Shown piece after piece: positions 12,323-23,884 of a stretch of DNA of 64,000 nucleotides. Each line of letters starts with the position of its first letter. The first letter of the stretch is position 1. A program made the position numbers and the translations under genes. A model generated the notes under the pieces. The model saw only the letters and a program-made list of their open reading frames with translations, was not told where the DNA came from and searched no databases. Source of the DNA: Eledone cirrhosa (Eukaryota); contig OZ024744.1 of assembly GCA_964016885.1 (NCBI GenBank), positions 66,216,001 to 66,280,000 on the forward strand. The letters are read 5' to 3'.

Positions 12323-12695
12323 TACAGTTGTTTCCCCGGTATTGGCAAGGGTTATGTTCCTAGAGCACCCTCAAAGAGTGAAAAACCGTGTATATTGGAC
12401 TTAGTCCATAAAAATGCTTATCAAAATACAATGTAAAATATAATAAAAAAAGAGGGAGCATCTGATGCGAAGAGGTGTTCAATAGGCCGGCAAATACAGT
12501 ATATTGTTGTTAATAATTTAACGTTAAAAAATACATGTTACCACGAGAAAAGCCATTAAAAAAATTGTGGAAGATATATACAACTCTGTGAATATGCAGT
12601 GGTTTCCACAAACAATTATTAGTTAAGTTCTAAGGAAAATTCCATGAATAGCTGGGACTGTGAATAACCGGGACCATGAATGCCGGGGTTAGTCA
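12323..12695. mobile_element. Tigger/pogo-like MITE
   Basis: TACAGTTGTTTCCCCGGTATTGGCAAGGGTTATGTTCC at the left end; decayed inverse ..CCATGAATGCCGGGG at the right. Confidence 0.55.
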
Positions 12696-12830
12696 ATATA
12701 TATTATGATATTAATTGAAAACTGAGTCTGAGTGAGCTACCACTCCAGTTTTGCTATGCTACTTTATCCAGGGACTAGTTGACTCTCCTTTTTGTATGAG
12801 TTATATAATAACATGGGGAATTACACACCC

Positions 12831-13257
12831 AGCAATGATACTGACACGCCCACCTGTAAAATAACACCACTAATCTAGAAATAAATATAAAGAACTTGAA
12901 TAAATACATAAATACTTAAGTAAAATACAAGAACAAGATTTCAGAGTTTATCAGAGCAAAGGTGCTGGTCTGAAGGATACAGACATCATTGTAATAGTAT
13001 TAATGAAATCTACATTACGGATAGGTTTAAAGATAATAAACATTGGAGAAAGAAAAAAAGAAGGATTCTTTATGTGGGGCTTGTGAAGAGTGAGGTATGG
13101 GGGAAAGAGGGCATATTAAAATAACTAGCTAAAGATATTGTTTCAATGGGGTTTAGCTGTTATAGGCCATAGGTAGTAATAAATTACAGGCTGGTTGGCT
13201 GGCTGGTTGGGTTGGAGGCTTGACTTATTTTGAGGGTAGCCAGTAGCTTGTGATAAA
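12831..13257 (+). repeat. Segment duplicated in inverted orientation at 15912-16596
   Basis: CAAGAACAAGATTTCAGAGTTTATCAGAGCAAAGGTGCTGGTCTGAAGGATACAGAC and its flanks recur as the reverse complement about 3 kb downstream. Confidence 0.9.
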
Positions 13258-13723
13258 GAATAAACATCCACTGGTTATATACACATTCATACATGCATAA
13301 ATATATTCATATGTATGTATAGAGAAACACACACACACATACACACACACACGCACGCACACACACCCCGCCTGCACGCACGCACAGGCTGGTAAATGTT
13401 TGTTTACAAACTAAGGAAATAGTACAAAGTAGAGTTTGTATATTTTGTTATGAGATGAAGCATCTTGAATCATTACTCTGAGTTGCATACTGTTATTTAT
13501 TCAAATGAATGATAATACATAATTTACAATATTCGCATAAACACATCGATCCAATTTAGCTGCCAAAATAACATTATTTGCCAAAATAATATTAAACAAT
13601 GTGGGACACATTCATTTATTCAATTACTATATGCATATGTGATATTTTCATCTATTTACTTCAAAAACTTATCATTTCTTTTCTTCAGTATCATGTGTAA
13701 AACATACAAAAGCAAAGAATACA

Positions 13724-13764
<41 letters not shown>

Positions 13765-14771
13765 CACACACTTATTTACGTACTCATGAATTTATATAGA
13801 AGGGCATTTTATGAAGACAAAAAATAGAAAGTATCACCTATGGGAATCCAACTTATACCTACCATAAGCTGACTGGAAGGCTGCATTACTATTACACCAA
13901 AGCAAGACTAACCAATATAATGTGTGCAGTGATCATCAGACACTAGAATGTGGATGTGCCGATGTCATAATAAAATGCACTTGGCACATTCTGTAATGTG
14001 GTATTTCTGATGCCATGATATAATGCAGCTATAATCATCATTTCATTTCATTTTACGTCCGCTTTTTCCCTGCTTGCAAGGGAGGGACGGGAACTGATTC
14101 TGGCTTGATTTCTACAGCTGGATGCCCTTCCTAACACCAACCTCATTTACAGTGGGTGCTGGGTGCTTTTTTGCCGTGGCACCTCCATGACCACTTTGCA
14201 GTGGAATGATAGGGACCCCAGTCCCTATCATCTCATTTCTATAGCTGAGTATACTCGAGCAATGTGAAATAAAGTGTCTTGCTCAAGGAAACAACACATC
14301 ACCTGGTCTGAGAATTGAACTCACAACCTTTCGATTGCAAGGCCAATGCTCTAACCACTAAGCCATGTGCCTCCATAATGCACATAATAAAGTGGTAATG
14401 TTGGTACGATAACAAAAACACACAGTCAGGTGGTAATGGTAGGGCTACATGTAAACAAATCTGGTACATACAATGACATGGTTGGCATTATGAAGGGTAA
14501 TCAGCCAGCCATAGAAACGACGCCAAAATGGCACATATGACTAATATACATGTGACTTGGCTATCTAGCCAACAATTAATCAAACCCATGCAAGCATTAT
14601 GGAGAATAGATGCAAAATGGGGATGATATACTGTATATCATCATCATCTTCGTTTAACTTCCATCTTCCACGCTAGCATAGTATATATATATATAACAAA
14701 GAGGGTGTGGTAAGATACCAGGTGGACCATAATGCACCAGAGTACTCAATACTTAAGGTAGTATATATATA

Positions 14772-15257
14772 TATTCCGACCTCACACACTTACACCTCTC
14801 CAAGACAATGTCACTGGACCGAGATCTTTGGCGCTACACAGTAATACAGAAGACCCGCCTTGCCTAAGTACAAAGCGAAACCTACAGTCAGTAGGCACCT
14901 CTAACAAAAATACACCCCCGTCCCACTACCCGCACTCCATCCACACCACCCCTTTCAATGTAAAGTTATGTTGGTACAACAAAATCCAGTCCGAAATAAA
15001 TGAGGTCATGTAGGTGTCACGACAAAAAAAACACACAGTCAACGCTGTAATGTGGCCGTGTAGGTAACATGGTAAAAACCTCCCAGTTCACACAGTAAAC
15101 GTGGTTGGTGTTAGGAATAGCATCCAATCGTAGAAAACTCGCCAGACAGTCCTATACGAGCAAGACAACCAATCTTGCCTCAAGTGGGAAAACCCCCGTC
15201 CAAACCCATGCAAGCGTGGAACATGGACGTTAAACGATGATGATGATGATGATGATG
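14772..15257 (+). mobile_element. RTE LINE 3' end with (GAT)n tail
   Basis: SDLTHLHLSKTMSLDRDLWRY plus 3' UTR. Similar 3' ends at 35355-35996(+), 51880-52579(+), 31370-31580(-), 11555-11880(-) and 61065-61330(+). Confidence 0.85.
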
Positions 15258-15611
15258 ATATATACATATATGTGTGTGTGTATCTGAGTATATATGTAGA
15301 CAACATGTGTGTGTATCCTGGGTTTTAGAATATTTCCACTGTATCCTAGCTATGAAACATTGTCTCAAAACATTCTGTTCAATAACTTTTTTTATTCAAA
15401 ATGGCTAACTGAATATGTGTGTCTTTTCTGTAAAATATTTTTTTCCCATTCTTTCCTCCTCTCACTCTCTATCTTTCTATTTCATCTTTTATTTCTCATT
15501 CTGATGAATTACTAATGACTGAAACATTGAGACTCTTTTCCAACTATATCAAGCGTTAAACTAATATATTTCTCCACCATACTGGTGGCCTTGTTATTTT
15601 TGTTTAGTTTT

Positions 15612-15658
<47 letters not shown>

Positions 15659-15783
15659 TTATACACAGCTGCCACATTAATATATATATATACCTATGCA
15701 TACATACACACATCTCTATCCCTCTCTCTCTCAATATATATATATATATATAGATATATGTATGTGTGCGTGTGTGCACACGC

Positions 15784-15842
<59 letters not shown>

Positions 15843-16254
15843 AATGTGGGTTGAAATAGTGTTTATAGTATATATCTTAGGCTGTTTTTTTCTATTACAT
15901 ATGTTTATATATTTATCACAAGCTACCCTCAAAATAAGTCAAGCCTCCAACCCAACCAACCAGTAATTTATTACTATCTATGGCCTGTGACAGCTAAACC
16001 CCATTTAAACAATATCTTTAGCTAGTTATGTAAACAACCCCTCATGCCCTCTTACCCCTCTACCTTACTCTTAACCAACCCCACATAAAGAACCCCCCCC
16101 CCCCTTTTTTTTTTCTTCTTTCCCCAATGTTTATTATCTTTAAACCTATCCATAATGTAGATTTCATTAATACTATTACAATGCTGTCTGTATCCTTCAG
16201 ACCAGCACCTTTGCTCTGATAAACTCTGAAATCTTGTTCTTGTATTTTACTTAA

Positions 16255-16477
16255 CCCTTTTGATACCAATCTCCCTGAAACTGCCTCTAATTCTCTATAA
16301 AGGTTTCATATTTATATTAAATCATTCCAATATAATCTTTTGTAAGGAATTTTTGGTAAGTAATGTTTCAAACAACAGCATAATAATGAGAAAGTTACTT
16401 TACTAAATTCTCTCAGACCTTTTTATTAGTTTCAGAATTAATTGTGTATTCCATAAGAAATTTGGTAACAAAAGAGG
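16255..16477. mobile_element. piggyBac-type MITE
   Basis: TTAA-CCCTTTTGATACCAA ... TTGGTAACAAAAGAGG-TTAA. The empty TTAA site is visible in the paralogous segment at about 12916. Confidence 0.85.
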
Positions 16478-16486
16478 TTAAGTAAG

Positions 16487-16527
<41 letters not shown>

Positions 16528-17607
16528 TATTTATGTAAATTTCTGAATCAGTAGTGTTGTTTTGTCGATGGGCATGGGCGTGGCAGTATTGTTGCTTTAC
16601 TTTACAATGTGTAACACCATCACTATAATTAGAACCCATAGAGAACTATCACCACTTGCTTAATAAATATCTTTGATCATAAGTCTGATGGTATTTGGGG
16701 CTACACATCAACAATAAAGGTCTCTATATATTCACCATTCCACACAATGAATGCTATAATTACCTAGTCTTTGATGGAATTGTATTCTACAACAAATGTG
16801 TTAATGTGTATTACGAACAAAAAGAGTTAACAAAGAAGATATAAGGAAAAAAAAACAAAAAAAAAAGAACAATCAGACATTTCCTTTTATAAGACAATAT
16901 TACAGTATTCTTGCAGAACGCCTGGGACCATCATTTTGGACACTTGACAGGACTTTACAGAAAATTTGTTTCATTAATATTAAAACTATCAGAATCGTAA
17001 TATGTACTATTAAAGTCCTGTACCACATCAAACCACATTAACAAGACATTCTTGAAAAGAACAAAACATCACTATGACTTCGTTATATTACAAACTAAAG
17101 GTTAACTAGAGGTTAGCTTTGCCTTTCATCCTTACAGGGTCGATAAAATAAAATATCAGTAATGCACCGAAGTCTATTTAATCGACTTTCGCTTCCCTAA
17201 AAATTGTTGACCTTGTGACTAAATCAGAAGAGTTCAAATCCAGGCGAGGGTAACTTTGCCTTTCATCCTTACGGGGGTCGATAATATAAAGTACCAGTAA
17301 TGTATTGGGGTAATTGCTGGCCTTGTGCAAACGTAGAAACAATTATATTACAAACTAAAGTCTTTAGAAATACAAATTTTCCCAACAATCTCTCCACTGG
17401 TAAAGACACCATAAACATCTGAATGACCGAACATGTTTTTTTTTTTTTTTAGATATTTACTACTCAATCATTGTGGGATGTTAAAATGTTAATAAGAGTT
17501 AACAAGAAGCATCTCCAAAAAAAAAATTAAAGGTATTGAGAAGATGATTGTGAAAAAGAAAGATGGAAAGAGAACAACATCTAGTGAGTAGAGAGTGAAG
17601 CCTTTAA

Positions 17608-17823
17608 CTCTTTATCATTTACATTGCTCTATATTTACTATTCCATTTTTGAGGTAAAGTCTTTATCTCACATAATTATCTCACTAAATATTGATGAGAT
17701 TTTTATATTATTTATTTTGAGAACAATACCTTAATGTCAGTATGAGTGACCAGTTATGGCCAGTTTGAACAGAAAGAAGAGAGAGAATTCTGGCTTGATA
17801 TGGCTGGTTTAAATGCTAAAGGG
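17608..17823. mobile_element. piggyBac-type MITE (second family)
   Basis: TTAA-CTCTTTATCATTT ... AAATGCTAAAGGG-TTAA. A homologous copy in opposite orientation lies at 46449-46669. Confidence 0.8.
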
Positions 17824-18189
17824 TTAAACAAAATACTCAGTTCTTGATAATATCCTATACAAGCCTAAACTGTTGTACAGATCTGTGCAACAGAGACAGA
17901 GAGGGAAATACTTGATATAGAAAAGAAATAAAAAAATTAAAAAATGCATAGAAATGTTACAAAGTTAGCATTGACAGCAGATGTATCTTATGTGGCACAT
18001 ACATGGAAAATAAAATGACTGACTAACTTCCCATATGTTTTCCTATTAGAAAAGCATTTTTTTTTCTCCCCATTTGCTTTCTTCTCTTACTCTGGTCTAT
18101 CTTACTATTTCTCCTTCTATCTCTTATTCTATCTTCCGATGAAGAATTAATGTTTGAAACATTAAGAATCTTTGCCCAATGTATCAAAT

Positions 18190-19165
18190 AATAATAATGA
18201 AACTATTGTGTACAGTGCTCAGGTGTACTACAACTCATCAAAGGTGCATGTATAGTACATAGAATAATGTACAAATGTCAGGAAAATGAACAGTGTACGA
18301 GTCATGAAATACATGTGTGTGTGTGTGTATGGAGGGGGATATCAGGTGTAGTGTTGGCGAATCTCGGGAAGCATGGAGGTTTTAAAGGATGCAGTGTCTC
18401 GGCAGCTAACAACTGATGCAGGGAGTTTGTTCCATGGAGGTTTTAAAGGATGCAGTGTCTCGACAGCTAACAACTGATGCAGGGAGTTTGTTCCATGGAG
18501 GTTTTAAAGGATGCAGTGTCTCGACAGCTAACAACTGATGCAGGGAGTTTGTTCCATGGAGGTTTTAAAGGATGCAGTGTCTCGACAGCTAACAACTGAT
18601 GCAGGGAGTTTGTTCCATGGAGGTTTTAAAGGATACAGTGTCTCGACAGCTAACAACTGATGCAGGTAGTTTGTTCCATGGAGGTTTTAAAGGATGCAGT
18701 GTCTCGGCAGCTAACAACTGATGCAGGGAGTTTGTTGCATGGAGGTTTTAAAGGATGCAGTGTCTCGACAGCTAACAACTGATGCAGGTAGTTTGTTGCA
18801 TGGAGGTTTTAAAGGATGCAGTGTCTCGACAGCTAACAACTGATGCAGGTAGTTTGTTGCATGGAGGTTTTAAAGGATGCAGTGTCTCGGCAGCTAACAA
18901 CTGATGCAGGGAGTTTGTTGCATGGAGGTTTTAAAGGATGCAGTGTCTCGACAGCTAACAACTGATGCAGGTAGTTTGTTGCATGGAGGTTTTAAAGGAT
19001 GCAGTGTCTCGACAGCTAACAACTGATGCAGGTAGTTTGTTCCATGCTTCAGCAACTCTGAGCGTGAAAAATGTTTCCGAAAGACATGGGAGCTGTGCTG
19101 TTTTCTGACTTTGTAGGCATGTCCACATGTGTTGGACACATGGAGTTCTAAAAAGTGCTCAGCGT
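18190..19165 (-). mobile_element. CR1/L2-type LINE 3' end containing a 61-bp minisatellite
   Basis: HVSNTCGHAYKVRKQHSSH.FRKHFF.LRVAEAWNKLPASVVSCRDTASFK is a CR1-like ORF2 C-terminus; (ATT)n tail. A second copy lies at about 59183-59625(+). Confidence 0.8.
18372..19046. repeat. Minisatellite, 11 x 61 bp
   Basis: Unit CATGGAGGTTTTAAAGGATGCAGTGTCTCGACAGCTAACAACTGATGCAGGGAGTTTGTTC; CATG starts at 18372, 18433, 18494 ... 19043. Confidence 0.97.
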
Positions 19166-20560
19166 TGTTGTTGTTGTTGTATAATATCAAATATTATATA
19201 AATATATATATTATGATTGAACTGTATAGTTCTCCTTTGTTTTATTTTCCTTGTTGACTTTTTTCGTACATACATGCACACAAATATGTATGCATACATA
19301 CATAGATACATACACACATGCATGCATACACACACACATGCATGCATGTACACATGCATACATACATACATGTAGGTATCTATGTGCATGCATATCTATG
19401 TTCATGTGTATCTATGTAGATAAGTATATATGTGTGTGTGTGATGTACATACATATATATATGATGTATGTATGTGTGTGTATATATATATATATATGTA
19501 TATATATGCCTGTATGTGTGCATCTATATATATGTGTGCGCATGTGTGTGCGTGTATATGTGCAGTGTGTATATCATCATTATCAACATCATTATTGCTA
19601 GATTTACAGATAGCAGTATGCATGTGTTATCACATAAATGGAAATGCTAAGAATGAAGTAAAAAAGAAATTAATATCTTTGGTGGAATATATATTTAATT
19701 GAATTGGCAGAGTCATTAGAGCATTGGGTAACATGGTTTGTGGCATTTACTTATGTCCCTTTACATCCTTAGTTCAAATCCTGCCAAGTTTAAGTTTTGC
19801 CTTTCAACCTTATGTTTTTGATAAAACCAGTAATGCAATGGGGTCGATTAAATCAACACCCCTCCCCCTTCCCTTCAAATTGCTGGCCTTGTGCCAAAAG
19901 TAGAAACAAATATATAGGATTATCATTTTAGTTTTCAGCGTACATTTACTGAGAGTTTCATGTCTCTGCCCCTGAACAATTTTCAGATGGAATTTGCTGA
20001 AGAAATAGGGACCTCACTCAATCAGTGTGAGCCTCGCGAGATGGAATGGCTCTTCCAGCACATCACCCTTATGATGTTCTGGGGAAGCGCCTTCTCCATT
20101 CTGTCCGCCAGAGCTGTGGGGCGGCTAGTACGTGGGATCTCATTTGCTCACTATACAGAGAAATGAGGAGGGCGAGAGAGATGAGGGTGATGATGGTGGG
20201 AGTTCGACTTTTCCGTATTTGGACACATTGCACCTGTCAAGAGTCTATATTGATGTACTTATAGCTGATATGACTAATCTGTGTATATAAGAATGCATTT
20301 CTAGTTTTGCTTTTAATCAATTAAGAGGATTAAGAGCCCACAGTAGGATATGAACATGTAACAAACAAAGTATGAAGATTCGAGCTAGCTGTTTTTTATA
20401 AGCTTTATTTGGGTTAAAATGAGACAAGTTTTCACAGTCCGATCAAGTGTAGTTGGGTTTAATGTATTGTTGACTCCTGGTTTGTCTTGCCAGTTGTATG
20501 GAGGTCTGGCCTACAGACATCTGGTTCTATGAATATTTACATTTATTTAGATTAGATTAA

Positions 20561-20792
20561 CCCATTCACAACAGCATTTCTAATAAAATACACTCCATCT
20601 TAATTAATTAATTAAGAATTTTGAGAAATTTACTCAAATTATTAATTATTCCATTACTAATTTAGTAACTTAATGTAAAGTTCTTATATAAAATTATATT
20701 GGAAGATTTTAATTTAAATTGGAAATCTTTAAAATGGGTGGTTTCATTTCAAAGAACCAGAGCCAGTTGTGATCAGGCTGGTAACTAATGGG
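20561..20792. mobile_element. piggyBac-type MITE (decayed)
   Basis: TTAA-CCCATT ... AATGGG-TTAA. Confidence 0.6.
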
Positions 20793-21958
20793 TTAATAGT
20801 ATATTTCATTCTTCTAGTCATTTCTGCATGTCACAACACTTCTCCTTGTCCTCCCCCCCTTCAGTCATTTCTATATTTCATCTGCCTGTCACCCACCTTG
20901 TGGATTGTCTCTCTGTTGACCACTGCCTGCTGGTCTCTGTCCTCTGAGGTATTTTTGCCTATAGCTGTCTTTGACAGCATTTAGCTGTTTTAACGGCTGT
21001 TTGAATTTTCTCATTTTTATATGTATTCCAATACACTCTTGCTTCGTCTCGATCAGAGACAATATTGTTTTAATGTTAATAGTAAGATTGCATCAATTAA
21101 TCATTAATATAATTAGTATAGGCCATATTGACTAAATTATTGATTGATCGGTATCAGCTATTATTTATTTTTTGGGGGTAGATTAATTGGTTTTGATAAT
21201 CTACGGTGGTGGATTGGCAGAATTGGTAGCTCGTGGGATAAAATGCCTTTATGGTATTTGTTTTGGCTCTTTATATTCTGAGTTCAAATCCTTCTGAAGT
21301 CAACTTTGCCTTTCATCCTTCCAGGGTCAATAAAATAAAGTACCAGCTGATATAATCAACTCTTCCCTTCCCACAAATTGCTGGCCTTGAGCCTAAATCA
21401 GAAACCATTCTTATTGATAGGCATCTAAGCTGGAGCAAGAACACCAAGTGTAACAAAGAAATTTGAAACCACTAGAATTTTTTTCCATATGCTGATGTGT
21501 ATGTGTATAAGTGTGTGTGTATGTGTATATGCATACATTTATATGTATGAGTATATAAATATAAACATGCAAACACAGACACACAAAAATGCTCATTCAC
21601 AGACGTACATTCACATAAACACACACATACATTCATACAAACACACACATACGCTTACACACAGTGTAGTTTTTGCACCATCCCCTTCCTTCCTTTTACA
21701 CACACATGCATTCATGCAGGCAGCTGACATAAAGAGAGAGGAGTAGTATGAGGTAGTCAAACTACTCTCTCTTTACTTGTGGCAAAATTGCAGAAATTTA
21801 TATGTAGATTGTATTCAATATATAGAAATACATAAGAAATAAATACATATATGGTCATTTTGGAAGCCTCTAACAATGCAGATGGGTAAATCTCTGGGTA
21901 ACAAAATCAGGTGGTAGTAGGAAGAAGGAAGAGAAATGTAGGAAGAAATGTAAAAATA

Positions 21959-21991
<33 letters not shown>

Positions 21992-22091
21992 GTAATAATA
22001 ATAAATTTGAAGATTAAAAGCCAAAGAGGATAAATATATATCAAATATATAAGAACCGTAGAGCAAATATTTAATAAAGTAAACAGATTAA

Positions 22092-22361
22092 AGTTTAAGC
22101 AAAGAATCGCTGCTTTCACCCTTAACGGGTCCTTCTGAAACTAACAAAGTCAATCTGTGAACGCAGAAGTGAATATTTCAAAAAAACGTTGCAACCAGAA
22201 GAAGACAGGAAGACGATACTTTGGTTCATGGAAACGTTCCCTGACGGTTTCGCAGTTCTTCTGCTTTTCAAAAGTAGAGTTGAGATGGAGGGTCTGTGGT
22301 TTTTCTCACATCATTCAGAAGATCCCGTTAAGGGTGAAAGCAGCGATTCTTTGCTTAAACT
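22092..22361. ncRNA. Inverted pair of variant hammerhead motifs (CAGAAGA family) in a pLTR-like remnant
   Basis: 22092-22142(-) and 22314-22361(+): CAGAAGA-T-CCC-GTTAA-GGG-T-GAAA-GCA..TGC-TT-AAACT. The minus copy reads CAGAAGGA. Confidence 0.65.
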
Positions 22362-23126
22362 TTAATCTGTTATTTTAGTTAATATATATATATATATATA
22401 TATATATAGGTGTTAAGGTGAAAGTTAATTGCTGCTTAGATATGTGTTAACATGAAGACTTGAGTCTAGGAGGAGGAGGTGGAAGGGGAGAAGGAGGGAG
22501 AGGAAGAGATGAGGAGGAGGGGGGGGAGAAGGAGGGAGAGGAAGAGATGAGGAGGAGGGGGAGGAAAAGGAGAAGACGAAGATCATTATTTTTTAAAATC
22601 ATTATCAAACATATATCAATCACGTGGGTTATACAAATATATTAAAACAAGTGGTTCTGTATAAACTGGAGTAAAATTCATTCTTTGAATTTAAATAATT
22701 CATAGAGTCAGTATAGAAACAAATTCTTGGAGACATTTTTAACTATATTGCAGTGAATTGACAGTATTGGTAGAGGGTCGGACGCCATGCTTTGCAGCAT
22801 AGAGTTATGGCCCTTTATGGTCTGAGTTCAAATTCTGCCAAGGTTAACTTTGCCTTTCATCCTTACAGGGTCGATAAAATAAAGTACCAGTAATGCACTG
22901 GCTTAATTGCTGGCCTTGTGCCAAAAGTAGAAACAATTATTAACTATATTGCAGCAGACCCCCAATGATGTATGCATAAAAATAGTCTCTTGTCCTCTCA
23001 CTGCCAATATTATCCAGAGGATGGATAAGGGCCATCCCTCACTGCCATGTTGTACAGCTTGGCACCAGGGTGATGTTGTTGCAAGTGAACTTAGAACATA
23101 CAGTAACGAAAGATGTACTCTAAGGA

Positions 23127-23292
23127 CAGTGGTTCCCAAAGTGGGTTCTGCAAAGGAGTGTCTGGGGTTCTGTGAAAAAAGGTAGAGGAGTATATTTATA
23201 TTACGACCATATAACAGTATTAGACTTTGGGGTTCCCCCAAAAGTTTCTGAGCCAAAATAGTTCTGCTTTCGAAAAAGTTTGGGACACCCTG
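23127..23292. mobile_element. hAT/Charlie-like MITE
   Basis: CAGTGGTTCCCAAA / TTTGGGACACCCTG ends; TCTAAGG duplicated on both sides. Confidence 0.7.
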
Positions 23293-23884
23293 TTCTAAGG
23301 CATCTTATCCAAGGCTCTATCTAACAATTCTGCCAACACATTGGCTTAGACTGGTACTTAATTTATCAAACCCAAAAGAATGAAAGGCTAAGTTGAACTT
23401 GAACTCAGAGTATAAAGTGAAGGCACATGGCTTAGTAGTTAGAGCATTGGGCTTGGAATCGAAAGGTTGTGAGTTCAATTGTGAGTTCACTTTATTTCAC
23501 ATTGCTCAGTTAACTCAGCTATAGAAATGAGATGATAGGACTGGTGTCCCTATCATTAAATCACCCAAGACACCTCCAACGAGATATACCATGGAGGAGG
23601 CCAGCTAAACCTGCATAGGTGTGAGCTGTAGCAACAACAACAAAAACAACAATAAAGGGCCAGAACAGAGTTTTAGCGACTCAGCTATATATCGATTGTT
23701 TATAAATATAATCCATGTATGAATATATTATATATCTATATTATGCAAATAAAATATATTACTTCATCACACTTTGACACTACAAAAAGAATATATACAT
23801 GACACACACTCATACACACAAGCATGCACACACACACACACACATACTTACAGACACACGCACATTCACTTACAGACACCCCTA

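Noticed and set aside
12965-13025. CTGAAGG..GAAATC..GATA hammerhead-like string
   Set aside because: Core mismatch and no stem I pairing in either duplicate.
16900-17070. Possible host exon; also about 40400-40495
   Set aside because: Short frames with no recognisable homology or convincing splice pair; needs RNA-seq.
18372-19046. CRISPR-like array
   Set aside because: Head-to-tail units without unique spacers, LINE-derived, eukaryotic context.
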